From assembly GCF_009914755.1 (NCBI RefSeq), contig NC_060931.1: a stretch of DNA of 64,000 nucleotides, one strand, 5' to 3'. The stretch's first letter is position 1; each line of letters begins with the position of its first letter. The stretch is from the human T2T-CHM13v2.0 reference genome, Homo sapiens. Below the pieces are notes generated by a model. That model saw only the letters and a list, made by a program, of their open reading frames with translations. It did not search any database and had not been told where the DNA came from. Positions 54,746 to 64,000 of the stretch are shown here, one piece after another. The translations under genes and the position numbers were made by a program.

Positions 54746-55492
54746 GGCCGTCGTAATATTGGCCATCATCATCTTTATCATCATGACCTTTGTCATGATC
54801 ATTATTTTTTTGGATAATGGTGAATATTAAAGATTTGGAATTTTTTAAAAACGAGAGGTGAGAAAGGATAGCATGGTAAAAGCTATGCTTTGAAGGTGTC
54901 ACATTTTTAGGAGGTTAGCTTGGAAGAGTTCTGAAGAGGCATTCTCACTCAAGTGTGGGGATAGCTGGGCTACTCTGCCAACAGCTATGATGATGTTTCC
55001 AGACACAGTATAAAAAAATAGACCAACAAGGCTTGATAATCCACAATTGTCAAAAATTAGAACAGAGCAGGAGTCTTGAAGCCAGGGAAACTTCACAGTT
55101 TTGGAGGTTCGAACTTGTCAGTGACCAAAGTGAAGTGATCTGAAGCCAGGAGGTAAGTCATGATGGCGAGGAGAAGTCCAGTCCAGAGGAGGAAGGCATT
55201 CAGATTCTGAGAATGAGGCAGATTATTGGAGTGGGGCCGGTGGAGAGACCCCACAGAGGTGACACAGGTGACACTGAGGCAGTGGTGGTATGTACTTCTC
55301 TGCTTCAGTTAAGGGTCAAAAAAGGCTGACCAGAGGTGAGAAGAAGGAAAGCAAGGAGGGAAGGAACAATATCAAGCACTCCTCCTGAGAAGTGGCTGAT
55401 TGGAAATGTGCCCATGAAGGACACAGAGGCCCAAGCTTACATTTAGGAAATAGTTGAAACACTAGGGAAGCAGGAAATAACACACTCTAAGG

Positions 55493-55682
55493 CAGTGATT
55501 CTCAAATTTGAGCATGCATCCCAATCACCTGGGGGGCTTGTTCAAACCAGGTTGCAGGGCCTCATCTTTTGACCTTCTGGTTCAGCAGGTCTGAAGTCAG
55601 GTCTGTGAGTTGCACGTGTGGTGAGGTCCCAGGTCAGCACCTGCTGCTGCTGGTCTAAGGATCTCATCTTGAGAACCACTAC
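55493..55682. mobile_element. MER5A
   Basis: CAGTGATTCTCAAATTTGAGCATGCATCCCAATCACCTGG..TTGAGAACCACT. Confidence 0.8.
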
Positions 55683-55898
55683 TTTAAAGGGGGCTATCCT
55701 ACCAATAAGATAAATTAGAAAAATGTGTATAGCTAGTGTTTCAAGGTCACTGCAACTAGTTACAGATTATCTGTAAGAAGACTTCAGAGATGATAAAGCA
55801 TGCCCTAATCTGCAGGATGAATTCCCAAGCACTCAAATTTGTGAACAGGTAATCCAAACTTTTTAAGGCTGCTTGTTTAGCACTCACTCATCACTTGA

Positions 55899-56203
<305 letters not shown>

Positions 56204-57221
56204 CACTTGAACATCTTGATGCTAAGAAAGGAGAGGAAAGGCAGTTCTGGAGTGAAGGAGTTTATCTGGCTTGTTCTGTTCTCCGTGGTATGAGGACATT
56301 TGCCTTTGATACGTTTAATCTCTCTTGTTCAGGGTGTGCAGTGCATGTGGCTCAGGTTGAAGAGCTGGTCTTTCCCACTCCTTGATTTGCAGGGACATAG
56401 AGTGAATAATTAATAATGAGAAATCATGTTCTGATCATGTGCAGGTTCTCCTGCCAGAAGAATGCCCATTGAGGCACCTCTCTAGCAGTAGAGAAGGAAC
56501 CGTTCTAGCCAGACATGCAGGCTTGCCCCCTCTTTGACCAACATGCCAGGCAGCTTTGGAGGCGGGAGGAGGAAAGGCAATCTGTTTGTGTCCATTGTCT
56601 AGAGTCTCATTAGCACCAGCCCTGGTCAAGGACTAATAACCCACACTTTTGTCCTTCCTCTGCCTTTGTCTGAATCAGCTTCTAAACAGTGGGAGGACCA
56701 CCTCAAAGGCAGGAGATTGGTGGGCTACAGACCAAGATGGACTTCCTGTATCTTAGTATTGTGGCAGTGGATTGGTTTCATGCATCCTTGGAAATAGTTA
56801 CTCCCCCATGCTCCCAAAATGAGAACCAACTTTTGCAAGTTGGCTAAAAAAAAGAAAGAAAGCAAGCTAGTTAAATCCCTTTGATTAATGCTCTACCACT
56901 ATTGGCAAAAATAGTCTGTTAATATTTTTATGTAGACTTTTCCTTTGGCTTGTTTGCTTAAGGTGAGCTAGTGTCTCTTTCATTACTTGCACCTCTGGTT
57001 AGGAGCCAGAGCCTAGTTCATGGTTCTATCCTGGGTGGGAAAAAACAGATGTTAATGTGTTTGCATCTTCATATTCATATAGAAATATTATTTTTTAGTT
57101 CTCTTGAAATTTCATAAACTGATCCTTGCTAAGTAAAGTGGTCCTGATCTAAAAATAGAACAGAGCTCTTGAGCGGAGGTGGGGGCATGGTGCCACACAT
57201 ATGAAAGAGAGCTGGACATGG

Positions 57222-57570
57222 TAATATGGTTTGGCTGTGTCCCCACCCAGATCTCACTGTGAATTGTAGCTCCCATAAACCCCAGGTGCCATGGATGGGA
57301 CCCTGTTGGAGGTAATTGAATCACGGGGGCAGGTTTTCCCATGCTGTTCTCGTGATAGTGAATAAGTCTCACAAGAACTGATGGTTTTATAAAGGGCAGT
57401 TCCCCTGTATGCACTCTCTTGCCTGCTGCCACATAAGACATGCCTTTGCTCTTCCTTTGCCTTCTTCCATGATTATGAGGCCTCCTAGCCAAGTGGAACT
57501 GTGAGTCCATTAAACCTCCTACCTAGTCTCAGGTATATCTTTATTAACAGCATGAGAAAGGACTAATACA
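57222..57570 (+). mobile_element. THE1 (B/C-like) solo LTR
   Basis: ATATGGTTTGGCTGTGTCCCCACCC..GGAACTGTGAGTCCATTAAACCTC..GACTAATACA. Perfect 5-bp TSD CATGG. Confidence 0.94.
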
Positions 57571-59069
57571 CATGGGTAACACATAGAATTAGGGAAATGG
57601 CATCCTTGCCAGTCTTTTGGATTATGAGTCTGATTTTTAGTCTCTATTCACTAATAATGCTATGGGTTTAATAATTCAGTTGTCTGTAGTTGTGCTTCCT
57701 AATCTTTTTGCATTAATATCAGAGTATTTGCATGGAACACTGGGATAAATGAAGGAGGTAGCCCCATCCTCATCCCAGGGCTGAGGATATCAGTTGCTTA
57801 CAACACACTTGTGACCCCTTAGTGGCACACCAGGTGAGAAGCTCTGATCTTGGGCAGAATTGTGCATTTGATCTGTTTGCAAGCCTTTTAGCTTTGACCT
57901 GTTTCATGGCCAGAGCTATACATTCACCCAGGCAGGGACTGGGTTGATAGGTTTATTGGAAGTACCAGGCAAGAAGGCCTGAATGGGGCACCAGACCTGT
58001 TACTCCTGGAAAAACAATTCAAAGCACATTTCATCTATGACATCATGAATCATATTACTATTTTCATTTTCTTTACTCACTAGGAAGCTTTAAGCCACTT
58101 CCAGTAGCTGAATAGGATGGGGCTGCTTTCTTGTCCATGGCTCTAATATTTCCCCTCATTAGAACATTCCTGATTATTTACTGTATCCTTTTGTATTATG
58201 GTTATTTTTATAGGCCACTTGAAATCCTTTCTGCGGGTTGTGGATTATGGAAGAGAGCAAATAATTTAAAAAGAAAGCTCAAAATACACTTCTTACCCAT
58301 ATTGGGTCAGTCATGTCTTTTTTTGATGCAGACAAAATATTTTCACCCTTTAATAAAATTGGTAACTGAATATGGTATTAGTCATAATATGAAATAATGT
58401 TCCTTTTTAAATGTGATGATCATCCTGCTTTATTTCCCCATCTGCAAGATGAGAATAATAATTATCCCTTTGAAAATATCATATGGTCAAATTAGTTAAT
58501 GTTGGACAAGCATTTCAAAATGAAACTACCTAATAATTTATTAGTGGCTCCACTGGTGTGCAATTTGAGAATGAAGTCTGCGTTTGAGGAATTGGCATTT
58601 GCATTAATTCATGTTTTCCCTTAAATTCATTACAGAGGTCTAGTCTGAATTCTCCCGGCTGGGTGCCAGCTGTGCCCATCTGTGGCACATGGTCTCGTGG
58701 CCTTTTCCTCCAGAAGTCTTGTTTGAGTAATCAGAAGTCATGTCCTAAAAGGGAAACTGAGCAAATGAAATTGCTCATGTACTTCTCTTAAATGGAATCA
58801 CTTGTTTGCTTTTTAATTAAGATGAGACTTTTGATTAAAGCAAAAATCTGGTGGCATTTTATTTTCTACTCTGTGCCCCTCGAGATCCATTGCTTGACCC
58901 TGAAATGAATGATCTCAGTTATATCTTAAATGACATAGTGAATTAACTGTATTTCATGTGCCAGCATTTCCTTCATGTTACTTAGATAATTAAGTTCTTC
59001 CTAATTCAGAAAGCGTGACATTTTTGTATGGTCACAAAGACAGCCAAGGAGGACAAACACATAATAACG

Positions 59070-59265
59070 AACTATAGTAATAGCTATCATTCATTGAGCA
59101 CTTTTGTTCCAGAAGCTTTGTGCATTATTATCTCCAGTACAACCCTGAAAAGTATTTACAGATCAGGAGCCTGAGATCAGAAAGATTTGACTAACACGAA
59201 CAAAGTCACATAGCTAAAGAGATGGGTTGCTGGGATTTGAACTTACATCTATCTCCAGAGCTTTG
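59070..59265 (-). mobile_element. MIR
   Basis: TTTACAGATCAGGAGCCTGAG..AAGTCACATAGCTA..CTGGGATTTGAAC. Confidence 0.62.
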
Positions 59266-60626
59266 ATTTTTCTGTTTAATTTGTATTTTATAAACCCAAA
59301 TCATTGAAGCATATTTATGTTTTATTTCTATACACTTCAGGTAAAGCTATTTTTTTAAACAATTTATTGAATACCAAGAAGAGTTATGTCCTGATGGAGT
59401 GGGGTCAGATTAAATGATTCTCCTGTTCACTTGGAGCTATAAAACTATATAAATCTATATGTGTGAGAAACTCTCACTGTATTTAATGTGTTTTTTTCAG
59501 TGCTACTGTCTACAGGACTCTGGCAAATTGCTGTCAAATAAAAGTCATAAATTCACAGAATGCAATTCCTCGTTGTCAATGAAATGAAATGAGAAAATTT
59601 CTCTTTTCACTCAAATGGGCTATACATTTATACGATCTAAATTCCCATATTAACAAAAAAAATTTTAGTTGTTTGCTTTCCAGTTAGGTTAGGATATTTC
59701 TTCTGTTTAAGTTGGGATGTGCCAATAAATAGGGTTTCCCATTGCAGCTCACAGGCAGAGAAAGTGAAACTGCGCTTGGTAGTCTTTTCATCCGTATCTG
59801 TTCAACAACAACAAAGTGATCTCCCCAACCTGAAAAGAGATTGATTTGCCTTCAAGTAAATACCTAGTTATCAGTACTCTTAGAATCTGTTGACTTTTGA
59901 AGCTTTGAGATTTGATTTTTCTCTAAGAATATATGCCCAGCACTATACCATTCTGTCTGAACTGCTTAACATAGAACATCTAGAAGTCATACTGGTGCCC
60001 ATATTTAAAATATTTATTTAAAAGAAACTAGCCACAGATGGAAATATTTCTAACTAAAAATTATCTTTCTCAAGTATAAAAACATTTCTCAAAATGAAAT
60101 ATTTCCCATATAAAGTCACTTCATTGTGGGCTTAGAGAACTTTATTTTCCATTGCCAATAAAAGCCTTTGATTGGCGAGCTTTTCTTCGCCTTAAATTTG
60201 AAACTGGAGTATGTAAGCAGAGTGTGGATCTGAGTGGAAAAACTGGCCTAAATTATGTGAGTTTCAGAAATATCACTCCATGTTTATTTGAACAGTTTCC
60301 TCTAAAGGGGAAAATTTTGTTTAATATTTGAATATGTTTATTTATAAAAACGATAGAATAATCAGTAGACATTTGTGTTCTATTAGATCTGAGTTGTTCT
60401 CCATTTTCTTTTTGTGTTTTCCATATAAGGGCCGAATTTTCATATATCTTATGACAGAGTACTTACCTGACCATTGAGAAATAGCTACGATTTCACATCT
60501 GACCTTTATTATGTGACCATTCATTGTTTTTTTGACATACGCAGCCTTCCCTCGGACATTTCCCTGTCTCTTAAACCCAGTTTTGCCGCTTTGTCCTGTC
60601 TTGGATTCCGCACGCTGCACAAAAAA

Positions 60627-60645
60627 TGGCCAGTAGAGGGCGCTG
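60627..60645 (+). promoter_or_regulatory. CTCF binding motif
   Basis: TGGCCAGTAGAGGGCGCTG closely matches the CTCF core TGGCCA(C/G)(C/T)AG(G/A)GGGCGCT, in locally CpG-retaining unique sequence. Confidence 0.8.
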
Positions 60646-62393
60646 CTGGCTTACTTTTTAGAAAACTGCTCACAGCCTGATTTCAGCACTTTCAAAAACA
60701 TGGAAATTATCTTAATTCAGTCAAAGCAATCAGAACGAGAAAACTGTCTTAAATTCATCAAAGTTGTTTCTTTGTGTCTTTTTCTATTTCGTTTCCCCAA
60801 AGGCATCAATAAAACCAGGCAATTAGTGTTTCTTCCCTTTTCTGCGGAGCCCTTAGCTGACCCACAGTAAGGATGAGTATGGTAGTTGAGGGCAACCGGG
60901 TGTGATTATCTAATTTTTCCATCAGCTTGAGGTTCTTATGTGAAAGTTGTATTCATGGAGAGCCAAAAGAAGGGGAAAATAAAAGCCTGTTTACACTTTC
61001 ACTTTCCAACCGGCCTTGCCAGTTATCCCCTGACCTGGTGCAATGACGAGAAAATATCTGTGCGACCTTGGCCTCTGGATTGTGGACTGGGGACGGGGTG
61101 TCCGTGGCTTCGGTAGCGAGAAGCGGGTGGGAGGGGCATGATTTTATAGACTCAAAAGCTTTCTCTCCTTTCAGGCAGGCAGTGCTGAGAGGTGATCGGA
61201 GGAAGACCTTTTATATCCCTTCCAGCACCTCCATTCTTTGAGATGAACTATTGACAGTCCCTCAATATTTATAAAATATTATAAACTGCTATGTAAATAC
61301 AGCGTCAAGTCGAACTTTCTAGCCAGAGCTCTCCCGAGTACCCTTCCAAAGAAAATGCTATGCTTAAGCACCTCCTCCTGAGACATTCTGGAACCCCCAC
61401 CACTTATATAGGTATATTTACAGAACCCCATCCCCAATCCCTTCAGTCATTCAAAAACGGTACAAGTTGCTGAAGACGTTGTGGTGAAATAGAAAGTATC
61501 AAAAATACCACGGGAATTGCATTTGCTAGTCATCTTTGTGATGGCGTCAGTTTGTGCCAACAGCATCGTGATAAAGTTCTCAGTGGATCTGAACTTTGCT
61601 TCATGTGGTTTTTCTTCACCTTGTGGGCACTGGGCACTCGCCGTCCTTCATAGCTGGTAGGTGCCACTTTTGGCCGGCCCTGTAGCTGGCTGCAGTCGGC
61701 TGTCCTTCCACAGGATGAAAAATGTCTTCCATTAGCTAATGGCTGTGTTCTCCGTGAAACATTCTGCCCCTTGGCCTGGGGCTGCAGGAGAGCATCAATC
61801 AAGTCTCTTAGATGAGGCCTCAGAGGACCAAGGGAAATTTGTATAATCCTGAACTGTAAACATGAGGACCAGTGGTTGAGGTTTTTGGATTTGAACAACA
61901 TTTAAAAATGTCTATTTGAGTATCTAAAGTAAACCTTTATTTTAAAGAGAAGCTGAGGCTTGCTGGGTGGCCTTCAGGAGGTCAGCTGACCTTTCTGCCT
62001 CCGTTTCCCTGTCCTCAAATTGGTGGAGGGAGCAAAAAACCTTACTCTTCTGTTGCACAGGAGAATCCATTTAATCTTGATTGATTACATTAAATAAGGA
62101 AGTCAGGCTTTCTTTATGCCACTTCACACCTTATGGGCCACATTATAATTTCCCTGCCTCTCGGTCTAAGTGTCCACTAGTGATCACTGCCTGGTGTGGT
62201 TTTTTGTTGGTGTTGTTGTTCCTGTGGGTCTGTAGTTTTCCTTTCAGCCATTTCCTTTCTTTTGTTCTTCTCCTCCCCACTTGCTAACCAAGGAAGAAGG
62301 GCTAAGGGGCTCCCCACCCTTCCTGGCGGTGGCAAAACAGCTTCTTGTTCATGAGGGAAATTGTGGAAGCATAGATGTAAAAAGGAGAGAAGT

Positions 62394-62450
62394 ATGTGGG
62401 TGTGTCTGTGTGTGCACACATGTGCATGTGTGGGTGTGCATGTGTGTGCC
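62394..62450. repeat. Degenerate (TG)n repeat
   Basis: TGTGGGTGTGTCTGTGTGTGCACACATGTGCATGTGTG.. Confidence 0.75.
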
Positions 62451-63649
62451 ATTTAGCAGTTGCCTTTTTTTGTGATGGTTTGTTGCTGTTGGCACCTGTA
62501 AAAGCAGTCAAGCTGAAGAAATTCCTTTGGAAAAAGAAAGAACTAACTTCCTAGAGGTGAATGGAAGGTTGCTGAGGCCTTAAGGGGAAAATTTTTAGAG
62601 AGCTGAGTTTTCTCTGTTTTCCTTTGCATTGCTTATTTGAAATTCTTCATTGTTAGAACACAGTTTTGTTTACCATGCCCCCCATTATTTTCCCTTAAAC
62701 AATACCATAAATATTATCATTTGGGGAACAACCTCAATTTCCCAGAATTCATGACTTTTCCATTTTAATAGACAATGTATCAGAACTTAAATCTTGTGAG
62801 ATCTTCTTAAAAGAGTACTTCTCAACAGTTTTAGGAACTGTTTTTTACTCTAGCCTTTGAGGACAAGATGGGAGGGACACTGAAGAAGTTGTTCCTTTTG
62901 TACAGAGTAGGCAACTCAGAAATATTATGGAATGACAGTTGAATGACAACATGCTGATTGTTTGCTCAGTAATAAACTAGAGTTTTGCTGTGTATTTTTA
63001 TATATTCATATAAGGCTATGCATTCTTGCAAATTAGCAATTAATTCTACTGAAATATCTGAATAATGTTTTCCATAGGTTACACTATCCCCCTCACAAAA
63101 ATAAAAAAAAACTAGACATAATATTTTGTTGCTGACCCTATGTTACAGACTTAGAGGTTTTTCCAAAGACTAGGAAGAAAGTTATTTCTGGGTTGGCTAG
63201 CTAGAAATATGCTATGCTAATTTTATCTCTAAATACCATATGATATCCATTCTATTTTCATAAATATAGATTAATTTCACAAACAGAGTTAATCAGGTTT
63301 GATGTTTGGTTTCATGTTTCTAAATAATTTAAAAATCAGCTTCTTTTCATGGCCACTTCTAGGTAAATATGTAAAACAAAGTAAAAGAGAAAAAGTTATG
63401 ACATCATATGAGAAAAGCTGCAACAATTCATAGTTTTAATTAAGAGGACTAGTTGGACTCTGGGCAAACATTTTATTGTCCACCAACTAAGATGTCCTCT
63501 CTGTGTGAGCTGTCACATACCAAATCTAAAAATCTGTTTTTGATATTTAAAACAGCTCAAAATCAACATGAAAATTGGCATGCTCTTCTCATATATAATT
63601 TGGGGAAAAATATGAAGTGAGAACAGGAAAGATGTATTAACTTCTTAAA

Positions 63650-64000
63650 AAGTAATCTTTAGGAGCAAACTGAAAGAGTTCCCAGTGGTCAAAGCTGGAA
63701 CTACTTGAGCAATGAAATGAATAGCGTATTATTGGATTATTCTCAAAAGTAGAAAATACATAGCCAGGAGTCCATAATAAAGTAAACGTAAATGATGTAA
63801 TAAATAAATATAAAGAGAGAAAATAGACAAATCTCCCATACAGAAGGATCTCAGATAATTTATGTAAATTTTGTATCTTCAAGGAGGTGAAGCATAGCTC
63901 CCCACACCTGAAGTGTGGGGTTGTGCATAGCAACTCCTTTCCAAGGAGCACAATATGGAAAGCGGGGGAAGGAGTAATCCTATAGTCGAGGAACTGGACA
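63650..64000 (+). mobile_element. L1MC/L1MD 3' region, running off the window
   Basis: GACAAATCTCCCATACAGAAG..AAGGAGGTGAAGCATAGCTCCCCAC..AAGTGTGGG..CCTTTCCAAGGAG. Confidence 0.72.

Overview
Primate (almost certainly human) genomic DNA inside the DYNC1I1 gene (cytoplasmic dynein 1 intermediate chain 1, + strand; chr7q21.3 by recall). The only real coding sequence is one 116-nt internal exon (13763-13878), which encodes the Tctex1- and LC8-binding segment. The rest is intron and is rich in transposon fossils: a near-complete Tigger3/Golem with a nested Alu, a full-length Hsmar1 mariner, several L1 fragments, Alus, MaLR LTRs (MLT1/MST, THE1), MER2, MER5A, MER58A, Tigger3a, MIR and L2. The less routine items are: a tailless retrocopy of the neuronal BC200 RNA with a perfect 18-bp TSD; a ~140-bp local copy of an Alu-Alu junction about 1 kb upstream of its source; a 5'-truncated RPL7A retrocopy with TSD; a strong CTCF motif flanked by two IRF/ISRE-type motifs in a CpG-retaining region; and several candidate enhancers. 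Nearly all other ORFs in the track are repeat-derived or chance. I see no evidence for a wholly new multi-gene system. Family assignments come from recalled consensus sequences, not from searches.
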